A DNA stretch of 64,000 nt, from assembly GCA_039621445.1 (NCBI GenBank), contig CP154954.1:13930387-13994386 (forward strand). The letters run 5' to 3'. The translations under genes and the position numbers were made by a program. Source of the DNA: Euglena gracilis (lineage: Eukaryota). Position 1 is the first letter of the stretch; every line of letters starts with the position of its first letter. Shown here in pieces: positions 12,901 to 24,800 of the stretch. The notes beneath the pieces are model-generated. The model had not been told where the DNA came from and ran no database searches. It saw nothing but the letters and a program-made list of their open reading frames with translations.

Positions 12901-15782
12901 CTGCAAAGAATTATGATGAAGAATATCGGGCTTCAACTGAGAGCCAAACATCTCATTATCCAAAATTTCTGACGCCGCCAAAGTCCTGTATTTCAATGTC
13001 CCCTCCCCAATAAGGCCCGGGGCTCATTTTTGCATCCGTTGCTGGAAACCTCCAGGGGGCGTATTGTTATTTTCCGGGCCCGAAAAACATCCCTTTTTGG
13101 GTTTCAAATATACACCAAAATTTCACCTGCGGCGCTTCGCACCATGTACGCAGTGGCAGAAATTGAGATTCACGTGGTTTTCTGCTCTCAAAATCACAAT
13201 TTTCGTCATTTTTGTGCCTATACTCCAGGATTTTGGTAATTTTTTTCAGGGACGTTTTCTCCGTCTCCAGCTCTTTGCTTTTAACGTTGTGAAGGGTCTT
13301 ATTTTTGGGTTTTTGCCAATCGACCCAGGGAAGATTTTTTTGGGAGCGGGGGGTTTATTGGAACGTGGTCTTATTTTTGGAGGGGTTTTCATATCCATCT
13401 CCCCGATGAAATTGTCATGCCTCTGTTGGAAATGGTCGACCAGTCATTTTCAGGATTTGTCAGGGTCGGCATTCGTCGACCTGTCAGGAGACAGTTGTAC
13501 CATATAGGTATGTATGCACACATACATATAATATCAAGTGTATGTATGTCTATGAACATGTAGACAGCAATTGGGCAAAACGAACCGGACACTCTTCCTC
13601 AAAAAATACCCACAAAATCTCTAGGGGGCAATCTCTCGTTTACTGTCCAACCCACTCAAAACTCCAGCAAAACGGAAATTGGTTGCCTGGGAGCCATCCC
13701 CAAGAGAGGGGTGGAGGGGTGGCTTCTGGCGGTTCAATTTCTTGACTCGTCGCCGGCGAAAGTTGGACCCCCACCAAAAAAGACCCACTGATTGAATCCC
13801 GGCTGAATCTGCAAGTATGTATTTTCTGCCTTGTGCTCTCGATCTAAATTTCATTTTGCATGATTGCTGCCAAGTAAAACCCCCCAATTAGAAGCCCCCC
13901 GGGGCTACTATTTGGTCACTCTGCGGAAAACCTGGGGGGAGGGCTTCTGACTGGGTACCCTTTGACTAAAGGAAAAACATTCGGCCGGTGGCCGATCCGG
14001 GGATCGAATGGGGTCCAAATTGAACAATTTGCAAGCCGTATTTTTTCGAGTTTTGTGTGGATAGGCCATGTTTCAAGGACACCAGATGTCAGTTTTGTTC
14101 CCGATGTCGACCTGTTTTTGTGGAGATCGAGGTTTACACTATTTTTCGGAATTTTTTTCGTCAACTTTGTCTGCCGGCTTCGTCGGAGAGTGGGGGGGGC
14201 TGTTGTTTGGATTTTTGGTGGGAAACCCGAGGGGGGGGGCTTCTATTTGGGGGGGGGGGCTTTTAATTGGGGGGTTTTATGCCATCAGATGGTTTCCATT
14301 TCCGGCCCCGGCCCGGCCGCACCCTGCAGTGCACGGTGCTGATGCTGAAGTGCCGGGCGTCGGTGATGGGCAGCATCGACGCCAGCAACGCCTACGTGGA
14401 CCAGTCTGTGTCGGACAAGAAGGGGGTCACAGCCGGGGTGTTTGGACACTGGAGTTTGGGTCCCGGGCCCAAGCAGAATGATGACATATTTTGAGTAACC
14501 TTCCTTGGCGCTTTTTGTTAAAGTGCAGTGTTTTTGACGTTGACACACCTCATGTGCCAACAGCACATTGCGTTGCAGTTCCTTGGACAGCGGGGAAGCT
14601 AGTTGGTCACAGGTGGTTAGGTATCTGAACTGCTGTGTTTCAACATTTGGTTTGTGATTGTTCACAGGGGTTTCAAGTGTTTCCACCACGTGTTGCATTT
14701 CGTGTTTCCATCTTTATTTCTGGGCAGCATTTCTCCGGGGGCGCCTCGTTCAATTTCCCCCCAGAAGAGCTATTGACTGTGCGGGGCACAGGGGTGTGGG
14801 TGAACGTGGTCGACCCTCCGCCGCCGTTCGTCATCCTCGGAGTGGTGAGCGCCGTTGCCGTCCTGCTTCCCCTCAGCGTAGGGTTGTGGCTGGCGACGCG
14901 GCTCTACATGCTTGCACGGGGAAGCAGGGCCTGTCCCTACACCGGTTCATGAAGTGGTCCCCCCCTCAGACTGTCATTCCTGAGATGCCAGAGGTCACTA
15001 CAGGTAGCCTCCAGGCAGCCCCAGGGCGGTCCTCAAGGGACAACCCTTATTATTATTACTTATTTGTTTTTATCTGTATTTTTATCATGTTCAGGACGAC
15101 CCCTTAAGGAGCACCCTTCGGCCAAAGGGTTGGCCAAGGGCCGGACCGAGGTCTGAAAGGGGTCAAAAATTAAAAAGTCGATAATCACAGTTTTTCATCT
15201 TTTGGCTGGTTTGGCGATGGCCCAAGGATGCCAGAAATCGTTTTTTCCCCCTGGCGTCAACCTGTATTCGCCAAGAAACTTCACAGAAAGCCTTTTTGCC
15301 CATTTTCCCGGTGGGTTTTCAGTTGAGTGCCCTGGGCCAGCAGATTGTCTATTTCCATTCTTTGTTTCGTTCGCTTAATGACCGCCCTGGGCAGGCCAGA
15401 GCGTCTGCCTTTTGCTTCTGTTTCCACGGTTTCATTTGTGGTGCTGGTCAGGCCAACGGGGCGGGCCCTGCCCCCGATGGACCGCATCGCGCAGCTGCAG
15501 TTCGCGACCACCGCCCCGCCGCCCACCGTGTTCCGGGAGCTGCACCGCTTCCAGGCCTCCTTCGTCCAGATGGAGCGCGGCCTGCAGGCGTTCGGGAAGT
15601 TCGTGCCGCACGGCGTGGTGAAGGTGCTGGGCAGCCCGGGATTACAATTTGGGAGATGTGCCACGTCTGTTGTTGAATTTCTGTTTTCTTCTTTTCTTCT
15701 GCCACCCCCCCCCCCCGGTTGAAGTGCAGTGTCGCAGATAGACCTGTTGCAGCAAAGCGTGCGCGCTGTGGGTCTCTGAACT

Positions 15783-15845
<63 letters not shown>

Positions 15846-18800
15846 GTGTGCGTGCGTCCGTGCGTGCGTGCGTGCGTGCGCACGTGCGTGCGTGCGCACG
15901 TGCGTGCGTGCGCGCGTGCGTGCGTGCGTGCGTGCGTGTGTGTGTGTGTCTGTCGGTGGGGGGGGTGGGGGGGGTGGGTGTAGTGTGTGCCAGAACCAAG
16001 GACCCTGTCAGTTTCCCGGGCGGGAATCCAACAGGTTCTCAGGCACATGACAATTTCCTCGGGGGGGTTGTCCTGTGTTGTTGGTGTGCAACGTGCTCTG
16101 CTACACACAGACACACAGACACACAACACACATGGCACATAACATATGTGCACACAGGCGTACACACACCTTGCCTGGTGTCATTAGAAGAACTACCTTA
16201 CTTTTCATCTTGTTTGGTTGAAAGTTAATTGGCCAGTAATGGGCGTTAATTTGGGTACTTTTGTGGTCCGGCCCACTGGCAGTTGAAACCAGACTGGGCT
16301 GCAAACCCAGCTGGACTGCACTTTTTTATCCAAAGTTTTGAGGTACACCCCCAAAGCCTCAAAAATGCCATTTTCGGGGGTTTGACCCCGTTTTCCCCCA
16401 ATGTTTTCGGTGCTTTGCACAGTAAATGTTTCGGTTCATCCCGGTTTTGCCAGGCTTACAATAATTATTTTCCCTTGACCCCCCTTGAGGGGGGGGCTGG
16501 CTGGGAGCTGCTGGCCGGATCTGGGAGATGCTGGCTGGCTGAACCCAAGGGTTAGGGTCCCTTCCAGCTTGAGAAATAATGATTTCAGCCCACTGGATGG
16601 AAGAACTTGCTGGCTGGATAGAAGATGCTGGCTGGACCCAGCCAAAGTCGCCAAGTGTAAAACAGGAAAATTGCCTCTCTTTGCTGGGGTGTCTCTTGGC
16701 CCACACTCGCCAAACTGGTCTTACAGCGGGTTAGCCTCCCACACCGCCAATTTGGCCGAAGCCAACATCCTGGGGAGGTATGCATGCCACCCCCCTCCCC
16801 CTGGCTTGTTGCCCAAGCCAGAACTGCCACAGTCAGTCAGTGGGGTGACTCTTTGGCCTCATACTGCCACAGGCCGTTGGAGCTGATTAACCCAAAGTTC
16901 CCCCACCTGGCTTCTGGTGCCAACATGCCGAGCAGTATGTGGTTCTTCTCACCCAGTGAACTCAAGGCAAATGCCATTGAAGGCTCTCCGAACATGTGTA
17001 ACCTTGCCAGGATTTTAGGGAAGCCCTTCGGTATTGAGGTGGGTGATTGGGGGGAGGCCCGACGATCCCCCCCGGGGGATAAGGTGAAGGAAGGGGGTCT
17101 GGACCACCCCACACCAGATGTCGGGAGGGGGGTCCGGACCCCCACCCCCTCCTCAGCAGGTTTCAAAAATTGCGAAATTTTTGTTTCCAGCGCACAGCAC
17201 CGGAAAACGAGCAAAAAAAAAAAAACGCCCCTGTTCCTCACTTTTGAGCATATTGCCCATTTTTTTTGATGGTTTGGTGTTTTCCACATAAATGTTTCAA
17301 ATTTCATAAATTTCAAAAAATGAGCATTTTTGGATTCATTTTCAAAGAAAAATCAGGGGTTCTTTGAACAATCTTGGCCAATTTCCTTTGCCCGTCCTTT
17401 GCCCTTTGCCCGTCCATGAAACCGAAGGTTTTCCAGGCCCATGTGAGTTTCGAGGTAGGAGGGGAGGGGTCCGCCCCCCCCCCCCCCTCAAGGCTTCCCA
17501 TCTTTTCCTGGACAGCCCCCCCCCCTGAGGCTGATTTCTAAGGCAAGGCCAACCCCCCACCCCCGGAGCCATCCTGGTCAGGCACTCCAAAGCACCCAGG
17601 TTCCCCCCGGAGCCATCCTGGTCAGGCACTCCAAAGCACCCAGATTCCACCTCTGGGGGGGGGTACATGGCTAAAATTGCTTTGGGCACCAGTTTTTGGA
17701 TCTGGTTCGCTAATTCTGGCATGATGGTTCGAAGTACCCGGGGGGAGGGGTTCAGCTCGACTGCAGCTGTTCCAAATTTGGCCAGTGGAAACCCCAGTGT
17801 CCCTGGATCCAAGGATTGGAATTTTTTTCCAGTGACTGGCATGAAGTGCTATAAAATTTATTGACCCCAAAACCTGCCAAAATGACCACGTTTGGAGATT
17901 TTCCTATTTTTTTTTGAACAAAATCGGCCAACAAAAACACAGCAAAACCACCTTTTTTTACCTTGGCACGCAGCGCCAGAAGAATTTTTTTCTGGTTGGG
18001 GGGTGACCCCAGACCGCCCTCCCTCCAGGGAAGTGGTGGTCTGCCCCCCCCCCCCCCCGGGAAACTATCATGCCCGAGAACCTGTCAGGGTCCCTCCCGG
18101 GCAGGCACCTACGGCCGACCAGGGCCGACCAGGGCCGACCAGGGCCGACCATGGCCGACCAGGGCCGACTATGGTTTTCAGGACCCCTGTAGGTGGGGGT
18201 TCCGACCAGGGCCGACCAGGGCCGACCAGGGCCGACCAGGGCCGACCAGGGCCGACTTGCATGTGGTTGGCCGACCGAAGGGGAATGGATGAAGGAATTT
18301 GACAGCTTTCCCTCTGGAACAAGCACCTCTGATGATGCTGGGCGATGCAGGGCGATGCTGGGCGATGCTGGGTGATGCTGGATTTTTGGAGACAGAGGTG
18401 GGGTTCCGATGCTGGGCGATGCTTTTTTTTTGGATGGCTGAAGTGGGGTCCATATTTGGGCCTATACTGCTGGGTACACCCTCCCTCCCCCGCAGACCAC
18501 TCCAGCATGCCCTTCATGTCTGCCCATGCCTCTGCCTCTGCTGCCGTGCTGGACCTCTCTGTCCCCCTCCGGGAGGTGTGTGACTCCCCTGGAGCCGAAG
18601 GTATCGTGCCCCTGCTGCATACCTGCGTACAGACTCCACATTGGTGCTTGCTTCGTACCTGAGTCGACGATGTTCCTCCCTGGCTCGTCTGGCCTTCCCT
18701 GAGTGACTCCCTGGAGTGGATGCTTTGGTGGGAGAGGGAGGTTATGGGGGGAATCTTAAGTTGTGGGATAAACGGGCGACTGTAGTTGCGGTTGTAGGCA

Positions 18801-21800
18801 TGTGCATGATCATGTGCATCCGTGGATGCTTGTAGGGCATGTGAATCCGAGAATGCGCATGTGCGCATGTGTAGGGTGCGCATACTGCGCCTTTGGAAGG
18901 ATTGGCATCCAACGAGCCGCGAATTTAATACACAAAGTCGCGAGTTGGATGTCGAGGAAGGTTGGTTGGAGGCCAAGAAGTGGGACCCCCGGGAAGTGTG
19001 ACCCCCAGGTGTGACCTTTGCTGACTAGCCTCTCCTTCAGTGGAGGAAGCTGCGTGGTCGGGAGAAGCACGACTGGCAGTGGTTGCTGCTGCTGGAGAGG
19101 CAGCGGTGGGACCGGCTGGAGGAGCTGCGGGTGCTGGAGGGTGAGGTGGTCGTGTTTGCAGTACCCTTCCAGTGCCCCTGCTGTATTTGTGTGCCTGAAT
19201 TTTGGTCTTCGGTTATAGGGTATTATTGGATGGCTCTAGGGTGATGCAGGGCGATGCAGGGCGATGCAGGGCGATGCGGGGCCCAAAGGGGTGGGTGACC
19301 GAAGGTGCTTGCCAATGGAGGCCTTATGGGGCACTTCCTTTTGATCTTGGCGAGACAATTCAGAAAATCATTGCATCCCTTCACATTTTTTTCTGTGGCG
19401 GATACCCCCACCTATGGCCGACTATTTGCCGACCAGGGCCGACCATGGCCGACCAGGGCCGACCAGGGCCGACCAGGGCCGACCAGGGCCGACCAGAGCA
19501 CCAAAATGGGAAGTGACCATAGGTGCCTGCTCCCGGGAAACTGCCAGGGTCCTTGTTACCAGCCAACTTGTCACGATAGGAAGTTGCCAGGGTCCCCGGC
19601 ACCGGCCAACCTGTCAGGGTCATTTTTTTCATTGATTTCCCCCTGAAATGCCCTACCGGGGGAACTGTCAGGGTCCCGCCCACAAAACTGTGAGGGTCCT
19701 CAGTACCGGCCAACAGGTCATGACAGGAAGTTGTCAGGTGACAGTTTCCCGGGGGGGGGGGATAGGTAGTGCTTTTTCTGGTGTCTGCTGTAAAAGCTAG
19801 CTGGTCTACCCCAGGGTTCGATATAAGGAGGGCGTACATGGTTTAGGTGGGGGGGGTGTCCCCCCCCCCCCCCCCCCCCCTCCTGGCCCGCAGGGGGGGG
19901 GTCCGGACCACCCCCCCCCCCACCTGCAAGGGGGTCCGGACCGACCCTTGGGGGGTTCCCGGGACCCCCCCCCAAAAAAGGGTCAATTTTTTCCTCCGGC
20001 GCTTTGCGCCGAAAATTTTTTGCATTTTTGGCCAATTTTTGCCCCAAAAGTGCCCAAAATGGCACTTTTGGTCGTTTTGGGGGGTCAAAATTTTTCGGTC
20101 ACCCTGACCGCGCCACTGTTTAGGTGGGGGGGGGGGGGGGTGTACGCCCCCCCGCCCCCCCCCCCCCCTGGCCGGCGGGGGGGTCCGAGCCCCCCCCCCC
20201 CCCCCTCCTCTCTTTATATCGAACCCTGGTCTACCCCCTCGGGGTCCTTATGCAACAGCCTTCTGGGCACCCAGCCGGAAGCCCAGAAAAGCCCATTTTT
20301 GGGCATTTTTGACCAGGCAGGCACGACCCCAGGGGGGGTATTGGCTGCCTGCCCAGGCAGCCCGGGGCACCCTGGGGAGGCCGCCCCCCCCCCCCCCCGG
20401 GGCTGTCAAGTTCAGCCTGCCCTCAATAAGGACCATCGCCGGACCTGGTAAGGAGAGTGCTGGAAATTGAACTGAGTCCAAGTCGTCGTCCAGGGGCTGG
20501 CTTCAATCGCTGGCCAAATGAAGGCAAACGATGAAATGCATCCCACGCAGGCCAGCCACCAAACAGCAGGAGTGGAGCACAGGGTTTCCCACTGTGGGCT
20601 GTTCCACCGACGTACCACACACTCATTGTATACCCTATCAATCTAATTACTGTTGCATTTCAGACTTCACTATGTAAGCAAATGTGCGCATGGGCAAGTG
20701 GGTGGGGGGTGCCCATCTTTTCCGGTCCTTAGACGGGGGAGAGTATGCACATAATTTCGTCGCATATGTATCATGAATCCCACAACGTGTAGTTCGCTCC
20801 GCAAAGACCGCAAAGAAAGTGTTCACCCAAGTCAGTTAAGAAACCTGCACTCCAACAAACGTGCTCACCCAGTGTCCAGCATCCTCCTCAACTGCGACCA
20901 ATATGGTGGTGCGGGAGCAATAATCTAAATTATCCAGGAGGGGAAATTGCTTTAACTGGCTGGTGTTACTCACCAAAAAAACAGGTGTATTTTCTTTTGT
21001 AATATGAGTGTACTGCTGAGCTATTATTATTTTTTCATAATGTATATAATTTGGATGACGTCAGTTATTTGAAACAACTCTTCACTTGTAATTTGTGAAT
21101 TTTTTTGTGTGCGCAATTTTGTGTTTCACCGTCCGCAAACAGTTTCAAGGATTTAACTATTGATACGTAACACTCAAAACCGCGCAGAAGGGAGGCAGCC
21201 TGCCCCCAGGATGCTGACAATCATGTTTGCGGACATCGAGGGCTTCTCCACCATCTGTGAGAACGAGTTCCCCGCCGTTCTGGTCTCCGTGTGCACGGAG
21301 TACTTCGAGGCCATGTGCAGTGCCCTGGGTCCCCAATGCCGCCACGGAGCTGCTCGATTTTTTTTTAAAATGGCAATATGCAATAGGCAATATGGGTTGA
21401 AAAAAAAATACCCCCCATTTCCAGGGGTTGGTCAAAGATTATGAAACCACTAAAAAACAATCGCTCACCTCCAGAAAAACCACCCAGTCAGCACCGGGGG
21501 GGGGGTCGTGGGTGAGTGGGTTTTCGAAAAAATTGGTTTTGTGGGTTCAGGCCTGAGAAAAGGTGCCCCCCCCCCCTGGGTCACTAAGTGAATCTATGGT
21601 CACAACCCCCTGGGCCACATTTCTCCTCTACTTTCGGTGCCAACTCATTTTGCGTTCCTTCTGGGAGTTTGGTAACAAATTGTGTGATGCCTTTTTTCCC
21701 GCTCACCTTTCGGAGGCATTCCTTTCCTCTCCGGGCTGGACTCAGCTGTCCAACATCGTAGGACGCAACGGCACCATTGACAAGTTCATTGGTGACTGCA

Positions 21801-24800
21801 TCGGCAGCATTGCAGTGGGTGGTTTTGAAGTTGCGTCTGTTTCAGGGGATCCATCCATTAAATGTTATGTATTTCATGTTTACAGTGATCCCTCAATTTC
21901 CATAATTATCGACATTCATTTTATTCGTTGTCAACAACACTCGTATGCTTCTTTGTACCGGACCATCGATTCACGATCCTGTCGGCCTGCCCTGTGAACA
22001 TGTCACCGCCACGTTCACAGACAAAAATGGCCAGAGGCCAAAGTCACGCCAGGCCGGAAGAAGGGATGAATGGCACGAAGCAAACAGCCACAGTGCAGTG
22101 GCGTTCACTTCCACAGCTACCTACCCCCAGGGAGATTGTCACGCCAAGAACCTGTCAGGGTCCCTGGTCCATGACAGGAATTTGGAGGAAGTTGAGGACC
22201 AAGGGTCCTTGGTCCCGGCAAACTTCAAGGCCCAACCCCGGACATTTTCACGGTCCTGTCAGGTGACAGTTTCCCGAGGGGCATGCCAGATTCCACTGCC
22301 GTGCTGTGCCATGGCGATGTGGAACGCACCGGACCGGCTCCCCAGCCACGAGAGGGACGCCGTGGCGGCGTCGTTGGCGATGCAGGACGCCCAGGGGCTG
22401 TGCCGCGAAGGCAACTCGCGTGCGGGGTGTGGCGGACGGCAGGTGTGCAGTGTGGTGCGCGGTGCACGGTGGTGCGGGGTCTACCCCAGTCACATTGTGG
22501 GCCCCCAGTGTGGCCAGAAGCTGGCCCAGAAACCCATCTCCGGAACAAACTCTCCCCCCCACCCGCCGACCCATTTCTGTTTGCCCGTTTTGCCGGTCCC
22601 TGCCGCTTGCGTCATGGACCTGCATCGGTCGTGGAAGGACCGCGGGCTGCCGGTGCTGAAGTTCCGCGTGGGCATCCACACCGGGGAGTGCCTCGTGGGC
22701 AACTTCGGCCAGGGCCGGTCGCGTGCCTGTCTTCGGTGCCCTCTGTGCCCATTCCCGGTTTGTCAAATCACCCCCATTTCCATCGATGGTTGTATCGTGG
22801 AATGGCATCACCCTTGCTTCCACCCCATGAGCGAGCCTCAGGTGTTCGTGTTCCTCTAATTATGCTCCCCCCGGACCTCCCTAGAGTCAGGCTCCCCCAG
22901 GATTGCAATCTGACAACAGCCTGATTGGCCGGAACGTTGAGACCCTGACACCGAGGACCCGCTGTCGGGGAGGAGTGAAGTGAGCGTTCCTCAAAAACAT
23001 GACAGTTTTGCAGAAACCCGGAGCAGATGCAAGAATCAACCCGTGGACGCAATCACGTGATTGTCCCGAGCTGACAGGATACCACTCTTGCTGCCAATCT
23101 CGGTTTGCATTGGGACTGTTTCCCGCTCGTCTGGCCAACAGCTCCGGCCCTGGGGCCGGCTGCAGCTACCGCGTCAGCTACACCTGCCTGGGCGACGGGG
23201 TGGCCCAGCCCCCTCCTGATTGACCCACTGCTCACCCGCTGTGTGAAGTTGACCTCTGCAACCAAAATAATAGTGGTAAATGGCCAATTTGAATCCATCT
23301 GGCAATCAAGAATTGTCTCCCCCTCCATAAACCATGTAATTGATTCTGGGTCAGAATGAAAAAAAAACCCAAAATGATTATTTGTTGGAGATTTTTGGAG
23401 ATTTTTTTTGTGGCTGTACCCACCCTTTGCCCGACTAAATACCGACCACCCCCCCAGTCGGGGGTTGCAGGTCAGGGGGGTGCGTGACCCTACAGCTCGG
23501 CCCTGGGCGGCGGCCAGCTACGCGTCAGCTACGGGGAGGGGACTGAGCCCCTTTGTAAACAGGTGCATGCTCACCCGCTGTGTATTTGGACGCGTCTCAG
23601 ACCAACAACCATGTGTTCCAACCTCCGCCGACAATGCCGGTAACATAAAAAACGGGCAATGGGCCGGGCCACTCGCATAATGTGTTGGCTTTGGTTGGGG
23701 CCAAAAACACCACGCTTGGGCATGGGGGTGGTGAGGCTTCCACTTGCCCGCTAAATACCGACCTTACCCCCCAGTCACTTAGTCAGGCGGGGGTGTCATT
23801 GACCCTACGGGGATGCGCGGTGCGCGGGCGGGGTGGGCTTTCCGTGTACGCATACCCCAACACACCCCACCCCAACAGTGAACCCCACGGCCGTGATTTG
23901 TGCTTCAGAGTTCTCAATATTGGGTTCCACCTGGATGTAACACTTGTACCATACCCCACCAACCCGACCCCATCTCTGTGGGCACCTTGGTTGGGCAAAA
24001 ACCCGCTAACCGGCCCCCACGCAGCACGCCACCCCCCTCGCCATTAGCCATTTTTTGTGGTGGTGAGGGCCCAAATTTTAAGAGGGTGACACCAGCACGA
24101 AATTTTGGGTCGTTGGGTCCATTTTAAGTGTTTTGACAAAGTGGCGATTTTGAAAACTTATGGCCGTTTTAGTAGGGGTTTTGGAAACACACCCCGCTGG
24201 AACGCCTTGAAATTTTGAAAAAACAGAAAACAGCCGGAGAACACCTGGCCTCCGGAGCCCTGGTTGTTTGGCGATGCTACCGGACCCCCCCTCTGGAGGG
24301 GGGGTGACACGGTGTTGCAGGTGAAGAAGAGGCAACCGCTTAAGCAACCCGCGCATTTTTGAACATCTCAAGAGTCCCGATGTCCAGTGATGGGGGAGGT
24401 GAACACACAGCACTGCCCAAAAGATGCTACAATTTCTGGAAGGGATGTTTTAAGCGGTAAACCGCACAAAACTTGTTCTTGTGAAGGAGAGATGCTGGCC
24501 TTATGGAGGGGACTGGACTGGGAATAAACGTTTTACAAATGAGGTTAGCCGGTTTACCGAGCAAAATCGGGTTTACCGCGTAAAGAAGTGATGGTTCCTC
24601 AGGCGGAAACCCGCGCAGAAGGGTTTCAGAATGAGAACAGTTCGTGTTTGTGGATGACATGTGGAAGCGGGAAGTGGGAACGCGCAGAAACCTCCAGAAG
24701 TCGGCCATCACGTGAAGTTGTTAACCAACAAGTTTGGGGGAGAGGGAGGAGGACTTTGTGGCGTTATTGAACGATCGCAGTGGGCGGTTATCCGCCTACT

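Noticed and set aside
15281-16228. Long HT/CV-repeat ORFs
   Set aside because: Produced by the (TG)n microsatellite and the antisense of the HAMP exon.
21160-23223. Cyclase as a fragmented pseudogene, or as a product of programmed DNA elimination or RNA editing
   Set aside because: The fragments are collinear, keep all catalytic residues, and join in frame under one end-pairing rule that matches known euglenid introns.
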